Below, piece after piece: positions 14,001 to 26,000 of a stretch of 64,000 nucleotides of DNA. The stretch comes from Orbicella franksi (taxonomy: Eukaryota), in assembly GCA_964199315.1 (NCBI GenBank), contig OZ116706.1, positions 16,554,001 to 16,618,000 of the forward strand. Direction: 5' to 3'. The notes beneath the pieces were generated by a model. That model saw nothing but the letters and a program-made list of their open reading frames with translations, searched no databases and had not been told where the DNA came from. The first letter of the stretch is position 1; each line of letters opens with the position of its first letter. The translations under genes and the position numbers were made by a program.

Positions 14001-17000
14001 CCATCCTTCCATTAGTATTTGATAAGGTTCAATTTTGTATAGTGATAAATATTTCCTAGGATTTGATGTCTTATGAGAGATGATTAAATCTTGTTGAACA
14101 AAGATTGATTTTTTCTTTTACATGTAAGCTCTTCCGTCCAAAAAAAAACAAAAAAAACATGTAATCTTTATTTTTATATTTATTATCTTAAGTGATTTTC
14201 GACGTGGTATAGTTCTATCTTGATTTTTGCCCACCACGCGAAGTCGTGTCTTTATCGTGTGATTTCGCTTTGTTTATAGTGGCATGTTTTTCTTTTCGAT
14301 TCTTAAAATCTTCAAGCTCTTTTTACCTGGTTTGAAAATTCACTTGAAATTCTCAGTGACCACATCAACAACAGTTAAGAAACGTTTCCTGACCGCACAA
14401 CTCGCACGGCTATCGTTATTCTTGTCTGAGGAACTTGCGGTCAGCGCGCGCTTCGGTTGCCTTGCGAGACTATACCACAAGCCTCGGAAAATGCTACGCT
14501 TTAAGAGACCGTTTCGTACAGGGCTATGAACATGTTTAAAAGTTCGGATTTCCAATAATAATACAATGAAGTTCAAATAACAGTAACGCTGAAATACGCC
14601 ACTTTCGATATATTAAAATTCAGCTTGATGGTGAGGCCTAGAGGACACAAACAAAAGAAATGAATAAACATGGTCATGCAATTTCCTTTGTTTCTGTTCT
14701 CTAAGCCTCACTGCCAAGCTGAATTTGATATATCGAAAACGGTCTATTCTTTTAGAAGGAAGTTGTGAGTTTTCCCAATTATCAATTTCATAATTGATCA
14801 TTCATTTCGTAAGCGTGAGTACCCTGTGGTTGGGATAAAAGTTACGTCGAAAGTTAACTTCTTTTAGTTTTAATTGTCGCTTGTTCCCTGACATGTTTAC
14901 TGTCTGAGAGCCTCTCAGTTTGAAAATGTAAAGAGGTTTCTGCTATTTTTCATTGGGTATGGGAATTTGCAGGTTACTGACCTGATTTTAAAACTGTAAT
15001 TGATTGAGTGATATTCGACCCAATATTCCTAAAACGAGTGTAAGGCAATCTGCTGGAATTCTCTGTTTATCCCCAGTGTGAAGAATTTGCACGCTCTTGT
15101 TGAATTTGAAATTGTCATCTTCTAGCCGGGCTTAGGCCTGAGTGATATTGGAATTAGTGCAAAAAAAGCATTTAGAACAAGATTGAAGTTTTATAGACAC
15201 TTGATTCGTTATGTGAACTATTCTGGCCTACGAGCTGTGACGACCCCAACGCATAACGCATTTAGACATCGCATTCTTCGCGTAAATTCGACGCGTGACA
15301 CGATTTTACAGTTTGTTTTTCACTACTTACGTTTTAATCATCAATTGTCATTATTATAGCAGATGGAAAATCTATGAATACATCCTTTTTTCAGTAAGAA
15401 AATGTTAGAGCAACAAATCTAAGTCCACATCAAACTGGAACGAAAATTCAACGGCATTTGTAACTGAATAGCGTATAGATGACCAGCAAAGAATTCTATT
15501 GTTGAAAGATTTAACGTAGTCATAACACGTCTACACACAAAGAAGGAGTGACTAAAATACTAATAACTAACCTTTTCTGAAGATAACTGATGACATATTA
15601 AACAATCCTAGGAAATTGTTAGCTTTGACGTGGGTACATCTTGAAACATTCGGAATTTAGCTGATGGACTGATGAATCGAGTGGCACAACAGGCCAGGGT
15701 CACGAAAACTGTTTTTTTTTTTTTTTTGGCGCGCTTTCAATTTTTTTTTTCAGATCAGAGGTCGCTTGAAGCGATCACGTGACGATTTAACGTAGCCAAA
15801 ATCCCGTTGTTATTTCCACAGCATGGTATGACAGCCCTTATATGGGCATCAGGCCGCGGACACACTGAAGTGGTTGATCATTTATTAGAAGCTGGAGCAA
15901 ACCCTGACGCTGCAGACAAGGTACGTGACGCGCGTGAGTGCGAGGGCGATTCTCGCGTGATCACCCACGGGCAGATCAGCCCTTAGTATGCGTGTATGTA
16001 TTTATGAAAACCGGGTGAATGAAAAATGCCTTCCTTTGCACAAATTTCAGCGATTTGATGTCACGACTCCTAAAGGCGCCATAAGGAGCGCCATAAGGAA
16101 GATAGGAAAGTGGAGGAAAGAGAGACTGACATTCCTTTAATTTAATATCGTCTACTTGGTGAAAAAAAAAAAAAAGCTTGAGCAGTGAAAAGACGATTTC
16201 CGTTCTAATAATTTTTTTCTTCAATTCTCTTATTTTAGTATGGAACTACTGCCCTTGTCTGGGCCTGCAGGAAAGGCCATTTAGGAACTTGTAAAAGTCT
16301 TCTCGAAAAACACGCCAACGTTGATACTGCAAGCAGTGTGAGTGAAACTACCGTAATACGTCTTGCGTTAGCTTGTCACGCATGTCACTTATGCTTAAAG
16401 TCTGTTAGCTTATGTGTTTGCACCTAAAACGTCCGAGCCTCTGCCACTTGTTCTTGCCAATCAGAGCGATCTTAGCCAATCAGATGTAAGCTATTTGGCT
16501 CAAGTCTGTTCTCCCCGAGCTTGCCAATTAGTGATCAGAATTTCCGGCAGGGTTTCGCCTAGCCTTCTGATTGGTTAACTACATGTAGCCCAGAATTCCT
16601 CTGCACTCCCGAATGGTTCCATGGTCAACAGCGCTCATTGTAACCAATCAAACTGCTAAAGATGGTATTATTTAATTCCGCTTTTGTAGCGATTGGGTAC
16701 TCACGGCCTCAAATAAAAAAAAATTGTATAGGTAATCGTATAAATGCACGTGCAATTAAGGATATACACAACGAGTTTTATTTGAAAATTCTCTCAAAAT
16801 TGCACGAGCCATTTGAGCAAATTTTCAATTTTTACAGAGTAGTGTAAATCCTTGAATTGCTCAAGCTTTCATACGATTAGCATTTACTCATTTTATTGCA
16901 TGTCTGAGAAAACTACAAGTGCGCGCGCGTTAATTTACACTGTAGTGCAAACTAAAAGGTGACCTGCCCTCAGCCAATCACAATAAAGTAATTTTCACAG

Positions 17001-20000
17001 TCACATGCCACCTTTTTTAGCATCGTAGTTTAAATTGAATATTGTCTATTTGGTGTTTAAAATTCAGTATTGCTGTTAGTATTTGTAGATTCAGAAGAAA
17101 AGTGTCTTGTATTGATAAAGTAAATAAGTATTGCCTAGCAAAGTATGTTTGAGAAGTCAACTTATCTCTGACATGTTCTGCACTGAGCGTCGTTTGGTTT
17201 TAAGCCTACGACAGACGCCAGAAAACGGTTCTAACAAGCTCTGGTACGTTCTTATAGCGAGGTTGGACTCCGTTGATAATGGCGGCTAAAGGTGGTTACA
17301 CGGAAGTGGTGGATTGTCTGTTGGAAAGGGAACCACACATCAACGTCACAGATCAGGTATAGAGTTAAGAAAGGATATTTATTTCTTTTATCTCACCAAA
17401 AATTAGACTACAACGCAGACTTTTTTTGGGCTCGTCACGGATCTTCCTCCCCCAAGATTGCGTGACGAGCCTAAAGAGGCTACTCAGAAACATACCGGGA
17501 TGGATTTTAAAAATTCCTTTCGTCTTTTGATTGATCGCTCGTAGATTGAAAACTGGAACGCTTGTGCTAATGAGGCTAATATTGTAAACAGAGATTTTCC
17601 TAAAGAGGCGCGCTTTGTATTTTCCATCACTGATTTGACTAGCTTCGATTTACCGAAGACTGTTTGCTATCTAATTTGGGAATTTACTGGCTAATATTAA
17701 GGAAGCCTTGGGTCGCCAGAGTTCAATTTTGCAGACAGAGGAATTTTTTCCGGATTCCAGTTCTTTCCCAATTTTGGACAACCATCGATTCAGTTCGAAT
17801 TAATTAGCTAATTGGTTGAATTTCATTTGAAACTAACAATTGAATTAAACTGTTAACAGGAAGGAAATTCTGCTCTGGCATGGTCTGCAAAGCATGGTCA
17901 TGAAGAGATTGTACAACGGCTTCTAGCAAGAGGAGCTTACTTTAACTTGCCAGATAAGGTGTGTTGTTGTCTTAGCATTACTTCTCTTTTTCCTTGAAGT
18001 TTCTCGGTGCTAAAAGCGGTTTAGTCTAGGTCAAGACTAGAGGAGTAAACGTTTTAGCAGAAAACCTGACTGAAAAGTGATAAAACTGAAATCAAAATTC
18101 ATGTTAATCCTGGTTTCTTTGAACAACCGGACACAGTGGTATAAATGTGGTGGGTGCCACAGAGCCATGTTGGAGCAGCTTGAGTAATATTGTTGGCGGT
18201 AATCAATTGTCCGCTCATCAACTGTAACTCATGACGTTTGGAACAAAAAAAAAGCTGATTAGGGCAGACATTCCCTGTTCCTTTTGCCGAAATTGCGAAC
18301 AATTTTCCCTAGACAGATGGAGTTAGTGATAGCCGAAACATTTTAGTCTCTCTGTGGTGTGTTGTGTTGTCTTTTCTCTTTAGCCAGTTTAGTTTAAAGT
18401 TCCTCTAGAACAATATCCGAGATTTTGTCGCCTTGGATACATCGTTGCTTAGCAACGCTTGTGCTGAAAAACGCTGGCTTTGTCTAAGGCTCTGTTAGTC
18501 TCAGACCCGAGTAGAAGCAAAGACGCTCGCCTTGTACGAAAGTTGACAAGGAAAGAGCATTGGTTATCTAACAAAACTAAAAAGAATGCTAAAAACTTGT
18601 CACCAGAGGTCACCACGAACATATTTTATGCAGCTTCTTTTTGGGAGGTCGCTGGCATTTGCAAAACAGGACTGGTTTGAAATCTGAAGTTTTTACAGTT
18701 TTCTTTTATTTGATCGTTCCAAACTTCCTTTGTTCATCATTTGCATTTGGTGAATTCGTTAGCTTTTGTTTATTAATGTTGCAGCAAATATTGGACTGAT
18801 TTTATCGCGTGCCAGATGTCCACCCCGTGTTTCAATTGTTCAAAAGAATCCTTGAACCGTAACGATGCCTTGAATTCACAGGTCAATGTGCCGTGATGAA
18901 ATTGTGTCTGCTACAAAATTCACTTGTTCCTGTTCACGTTTACAATTTGAATTTTAAGGAATGGACAGTTTTTAAAGCGCTAAATTGAAGGAAAGGGTTT
19001 CTATCGAAAGGCAGCTGGCGAATTTTGCAAAGGTAATGGAAAGCTCGACTGATAAGAATCAGAAGAGACATTTGGTTACGTGGAGACTCAACTCTTCGCT
19101 AACAGACTTAAATGTTTTATTTCTGTAGCTTTCTGTTGACGACTTAAGTAATTTTGTGCGATTTTCCGCACGAAAATACGAAATTCTAAACTTATCTCTC
19201 GTCTTATGGTGAGTTTGTTAAAACCATTTCACGTTTCAGTCATGTTTTCACCGTAAAAATTACTTTAAACAGGTGGACCTGTCTTGCAGTTAGTTTGGCG
19301 TACGTGCTGTACGTGCTCTCTCTCAAGAACAGAGAAAATGTGATCTTTTAGTTGTTCAAATTGAATTTGAATATTTCTATTTAAAGAAATGAATAATCCT
19401 TTTAACTGAATGAATGAATTGAAATTAGTGAGAGATGAAATGAACTGGAACCAGAAAACTCGAAGTATATAAATTCTGCTTCTTGATAGGCTATTGTTTT
19501 AGTTATGTGCGAGTTGTTATTTCCTTTTCAGGAAGGCGAGACAGTCCTTATTTCAGCAGCTAGGGACGGCCATTTAGAAGTGGTGAGGACTTTGCTAAGC
19601 AAATATGCAGATGTAGAAGCTGCCGATGTGGTAAGTTCTCTCAGTACACGTTAAGCCATTCTGATACAAATGCTGTGGCATTTCTTCTTAAATCCTTCGC
19701 TGCATTGAAGTCGGTTTAGCCAATACAGATTATGCCGATTTTGTTGCCGGCATCTTCGCTTTCGAACAAAAGGAAAGAAACAGAACTAACATTTATTTAC
19801 TGAAACATTTCATTTCAACCTCCCGGGGATTTGGAAAACATCATTGTGTGATTTCTATAGAATGTGTTTGCTTAATGTTTAACTTAGCCATAAACTTGTT
19901 TCGTGCTGTTTAATCGTCATTAAACGCTCAATTCGTGTTAAGCTGCTGTGGCTTGCTGTGATTCAGGAGCTAATGCTATTTCGTTGACGATTGTTTCATG

Positions 20001-23000
20001 TCGGTCGCTTTCCAGTATCGCTTTCCGACGCAAAAGCCTGTAAAGGTCAGTCTGCGGTTGCCATGTATGCTTTTAAAATATTTTTGCATGTCTCCGGGGG
20101 GAGAGATAGTGTGTTCTCGTTCGTCGCTTACGGCTACAGATTTCACATCTGTCGAGGAAACAGTTGAAAGAACTTTGTGTCAGTGTTTACTACATAGCTT
20201 TTGATGTTCCTTTTCGGGTTGAAATCCATTTTGAAACGATGTCCGTGAAAGAGAAAGCCAATCGAAGTTTTAACACAGGATTTAACATTTACCAGTTTGT
20301 TAAAATTTGGAGTAAGGCACCCAGTGCTAAAGCTCCTTGAAGCTATTCCTGAAGAATTTCTAGGTTCTTGAGTCATTTCTATTCGTCTTCTTTTCATGTT
20401 GAGTCGATTTTAGTCTTACCTTACAGGACGCTGGGGTGCGTGAATTATGCTGCCCGGTATATGAATCTCTCTTTGGCCAACATGGCGTCGAAACAGCAGT
20501 GAACAATGCCAACTTTACACCTCCATGATTGTAACAAATTTGATTAGAACGGATTCTTCAAGTAAAGCCAGATTCTTCAAATATTCATGTAGCCGAACAA
20601 TTTCGATACTGTCTGAAGTAGAAATGTCGTGACGGCAAAAAAGAATGTTGGCATAGCGATGTTGATTTATGTCACAGTCACTCACTAGGTAATAATTAAA
20701 ACTGACGTTTTGAACTCCCATCTATTCTCCATCGAAGCTAGAAAAATACTTAAAAGCTGCGTGACTTTTAAGTTCGGAATAATTGCTTTCAGTAGGGAAA
20801 AATTGCTTATTCGTGGAAAGCTTTAGCTAACAATTAGGATCAATCTTGTGTGAGTTTGAAGGCTTCGTTTATTTTTACCGTCTAATCAATCATTTGACAA
20901 TAAAAGGGGCGTTCAGGGACGAGTATATTCACTTTCGTCGTCAGTAATTTTCTGTTTAGTTTTGTTTTGACATAAGCTACAGGTGGTTTGATTTTAGTAA
21001 GTTGATAAATTTTGCTGTCGGCAAACTTTCGACAACTCTGTCTGTTACTTTATCTGCCCGAAAGCTCGCAAGCACGAGCATGTGTTTTGGTTAGTGCGAT
21101 GTCAAGATGGCGTTTTTTATCTAAAGTATTCACATACCGCTCGCTGTGATTGTTAAGACGGCCACGAAGCGACCCCTTCCTCGCAAATCATTGGTGAGGC
21201 CTGTTATTAAAACCAAGCTTCTGTAATATCATTTCCAAACATTGACGTTGTCGCGAAATGGAAACCTATTTAGACAATGAGAGAGAGCAAGGATTTTTAA
21301 TTGAAATATCTGATAATCAGGGATTGTTGTGACAGTGTTTGACTGATAGAGGGCTGAAGACATTGATAACACACCATAATACAATAGTTTGCGTGCTTGT
21401 GCTTTTTGAGCAAGCATTGATTTTGAAGTGTGAAACTCGCGTTACACGCGCAATCAGTTGTAACAGAAATCGGTCAAGACAGCTTAGAGACTTGTTAAGG
21501 GTTTAACACATTCAGCTGCCGCAGTGGAGTTGCTCTCTTCCTGCGTTTTGGGCATGGTAAATAACAATGTTGAGACTTCGCTGGCCTGCACAACGCTTTA
21601 AAACGGCCTATTTTTTGAGATATTATCTACAAACAAGTGGACGCCTTGTTCGCAATGCTTTTGTTCTCGTATAATGGTGTACACGTAAATAAATCGTCAT
21701 TTATTTTTCTTATCGCAGGATAGGAAGACAGCCTTGTTTCACGCAGTGGAGAAAGGCCACGTTTTAATTGTAAAGGAACTGTTAGATGCTGGTGCCAACA
21801 CAGAGACTCAAAACAAGGTATGTTTGCGTCATCCAGTGGAGGAATTCAAAATGGCGGCCTTCTGTATACATAATACCCACTTTACTTATCTCAAAGAAAT
21901 CTTCTCTTCGCGTTAACGAATGTTTCTCTATATGGAAAATACGTTTCGCCGGATAACGTTTCTGCAAAATTGAGAAATTTTATATACTCATGTTACAATA
22001 TGTTTTCGTTCCCTGCAATTAGGCTTTTTTAAAGTAACACATGTTTTTGTTTAAATAGCGGATATTGTTACATTAATTTCTAAAAATTATGCCATGTGTT
22101 CAGTATTAACCGTCGCCCACCTTTATAACTTAACGTTTTCATCGTAGGACGGAGAAACTCCTCTTATTCGAGCAACACAGAAAAAGCACACGGCCATCGT
22201 CTCTCTCCTACTTGAAAAGGGCGCCAGTGTTTCCGTTGCAGATAAGGTAAGTTGTTTTTTTTCTTACTGCTATCGATGCATGTCTTGTAGAATTTGCAGC
22301 TGAAGGAGACTGATATTTTTTAGCCCCAGCGGGCATCCTTAACAGCAAGTACGAGCCCAGCAGCAACGGCTAATAATTGGAGTGTTCAGACCAGGTGTTA
22401 ACCTTTGCGACCTTCACTTTCGCAAGACAGAATTTATTTATAATAACAAAAACATTTCCTGAACGTATATCTTTTACTCGACACTTGACACTCTCGACTT
22501 GGGATTATTTCTCGCCAGCGAGGAGATACCGCGGTCCATGTCGCTGTACGAGGCAGATACCGACGAATTTGCGAGCTTCTGTTGAGGAACCCCAAAGACG
22601 CCCGCCTTCTTTATCGTCCGAATAAAGCCGGAGAGACTCCGTACAACATCGATCGACAACACAAACACAGTTTACTGACTCAAATCTTCGGAACTGGTAA
22701 GACTTCAGTCGGATTAGTGGTGTAGGCAGTGAAGCAGGTAACGCAATGAAGACAATGAACTAACTTCAAGTTTAAAATAATCTGTTTTATTTCTTGTGTT
22801 GAGTCATTTAAGAAATGTACGCAGCATGTGTAAACTAAATTCTAGCAGTGTATTTCTTTCCTGAAGTGGTTCTTATGACGAAAGGAGAAAACGAAATGTA
22901 GAATTTGATTTGTTGAACTGAAAAATTATCTCTCAGGATAATATCTTGAGGAAACAAGGAAGACTAGTCTTAGTTAACTAAAGTAAGCCCTCATTATCTC

Positions 23001-26000
23001 AGACGAAAATATCCTTACGATACAACTTCCGTCCGCTCCCCCACCCTCCACCTTCCTGTGCGTCATGTGGTTGCTTAGAACGTTTTACCAATGTGGTATA
23101 TAAAAGAACTAAATTGAATTGAATTGTATTCAGAAGAGTTCTTGTAAGTACTTAACTTTCTGAGACGCAACATCTTTTCTTAATATAAACCGTCCCAATC
23201 CGGCCTAAACACCTTTGTTTTGATTGTAAGATAATTTGCTCAAAAATAACTTGCAACAACAATATTCTCCCTGTGGAGAAAGTTTCAGGTTCGTGTTGCT
23301 TGTTAACTCAAGGATGCAGTCAATTATTGGCCGATGTGTATGGTACTCAGTTGGGAGGATTGATATGTCGAGGTTATATGTTGTTTACAGGTTTATTTAC
23401 TACTGGAAAGAAGTGTAGTGAAGAAGTAATGGGTTACGAAGTCTACACCAGTGCCCTCGCGGATGTGCTATGTGAGCCTTCGCTCACCATGCCGCTGACT
23501 GTCGGAATGTATGCGCGCTGGGGAAGTGGGAAGTCCTTTGTATTGCGAAGACTGCAAGGTATGAACTCAACCTCGGTTCACAATTCTTTACTTTTAAGTG
23601 TTTTGGGGCATTTCGTCAGTTATTAACTTCGTCCCAATATTGTTGTCACATGTCAAGTCATAGTTAATAGAGGGGACTGGTTATGAAGCCCGGCAAACAT
23701 CAAAGGAGCAAACAAAGATGCCAAGATTTATGTTGGAAGGTCCACGACCGCGCACAATCTTTTGTTTTGCGTTCGTACACTATGCATGAATTACGAAACC
23801 AACACGTTTCTATTGGTTAGTTCCTCAGTACGGAGTAAACAACTATTGTGTTTTGTGCGCGGTCAAGGCCAAAAAAGCGAACAAAAACATACAACAAAGA
23901 ACTTTGTCGGGTTTCATAACCATTCCCCTCCATTAGCGATGGTCAAGTATACCGGTATTGGTGATTATAATAAGTCTTTGTTTTTGTTTTTCTCCCTCCT
24001 CGGTCATCTTAGTAGTTTGATTACCTCTCTCTCTAATGGGAGTGTGATAGCTAAACGCTTGGCACGCTTAACTCTTATTTCCACCAGGGTCGTTGTGTTG
24101 TGTTCTTGGGCAAAAGCCTTGTTCTCAAAGTACCTGCAAATGCTAGGTAACCTGGCCTGTAGTAGAAGAGGGGGGGGAGGGGGGAGGGGGGGTGCCAATA
24201 CTCCTATCTCGTTCCTTTCTGCTGCGGACACCATAAGCCAAAAAACTATTATACGGTGTTTTAACGATAAATTCGACGTTTATCATTTGATTTCTTTGTT
24301 TCAGACGAAATGCGCGAGTTTGCTCATCAAGATCTTCGCCCTATGTTTCACTTTTCTCGCTTCATATTTGTTCTTCTCCTGATCTTCTGTGCAGTGATTG
24401 GCGTCCTTCTCTCGGCGACTGTAAACCTCGCTGCAGGAGTCGCTGTCGGCGTAGGAATCTTCTTAGCGTGTTATCTTCTATTTCTGTGCGCTTATGTGGC
24501 GGACAGACGCTACAATCGTGGCGAACCATCTTGTGGAATCGGCGGATACGTAACTAAGGCAGTGGCCACTGTGAAACTCTTGTGTCAGCTTGTGTTTTGT
24601 ATTCCTCCGTGCCCCAGCGCCACGAAGCCAAATTCGCCAGTTCGCTTCCTGTTCACGGACTTCAGTAAATTAACTTGCAGCGGAAGCGAAGCTGCGTCGT
24701 TGGTCGGAATGATCGAAACTCTGTGTGACGTCGTCGAGAAAGAGTTCGGATTTTTCGTGACCAGGTTGTACAGAGTATTTCGGTCCCAGCCTTCCGATTA
24801 CGACGAGTCGTCGATGACAGAGGCGCGCTGGAAACGATGTTGTTGTTGCGTGCCGACGTTCACCATCTTCCTGGTGATTCTCGCGCTTGGAATGATCGGT
24901 ATTGTGTTTTTTAAAGTTTACGGGGCGGGCGGTGGCTCTGTTATAACAGGCATAGAAATTGCGTCTGCCTCGATTGTCGGGGTGGCCGTACTAGTCCACC
25001 TTCCCACGTTATGCTCAATCTTGTACTCGTTGGTTTTCTCGCAGAAAAAGCGAATTTCAGTCGTAGCCACGCAGCTGGGGTTGAAGGAAGAGGGATTCAT
25101 TCACGCTCTTAAACAGGAAGTAGAGCTCTTAACTGACTTGGTAAATTGTGTCGACGGATTCACAAGACATCAGACAAGAGTTGTGATCATGATTGATGGG
25201 CTGGATAATTCTGAACAGTCCAAAGTGCTGCAGCTTCTTGACTCGGTCAATCTACTTTTCACCGACCCAGAGGCGCCCTTTATAATATTGATGGCGTTGG
25301 ATCCTCGAGTGATAATCCGAGCGATCGACCAAAGCTTCAGCAGTATACTGCGCGAGTCACACATCAGCGCTTCGGATTACTTGAAGAGCATCGTTCAGCT
25401 GCCGTTCTACCTTCCAGAGCCGAAGTCAAACTACACGGGCGTGCTTCCTGCAGGGGTCGTCACCCTGCTAGAAGACCTGCGAGGTGAACTGCAATCTGAC
25501 AACCCAGCTCTGGCCGAACGTTCGAGCGTGGCGGTGGACGATTTAGAATGGGACGGCGAAATGCTGGAATACAACGGTGACAATTGCCTTCCCCAGGCAC
25601 AGAGACTGTCCCGGGACTTGCACAACTGTAACGGTGGGGTCCCGAGTCGGGTACATCCCGAGTTGGAGCTGCATCATTCGATGTTGTACGAGCCTTCTCA
25701 TGAGGAGGAGCGATGTCTGGATCACCAGAAGCTCCTTGACAGAGAGCTGGAACTTGAAGAACGCCGGCGCATCTCTACCGACCTTGCGCAGGTACTAGCT
25801 GATAACGAGACTGTGAACCCGTTGGGTGTGAAGAGACTGATGAATATCGTCTCCTTGACATGTCGGCTCCTCCGAGCGCGTGGTATCGAGTACTCCTGGA
25901 AGCGGCTCGCCGCCTGGGTCAGCGTAGTGGACGGCTGGCCGTACAAGACCTCATGGCTTGTTCTTCTCATCGAAGACAGCAACACCCGTCTACTAGAAAA

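Noticed and set aside
20427-20456. 30-nt in-frame mini-exon between KIDINS220 exons 9 and 10
   Set aside because: Weak donor (GTATAT) and it would interrupt the ankyrin stack
24170-24192. G8-A-G6-A-G7 run as a functional G-quadruplex
   Set aside because: Similar G/C runs recur in repeats across the window (34270, 45200, 62890); nothing specific
23762-24382. 206-aa ORF in the track
   Set aside because: Runs through an intronic MITE and a G-run, overlaps exon 14 in another frame, and has no domain
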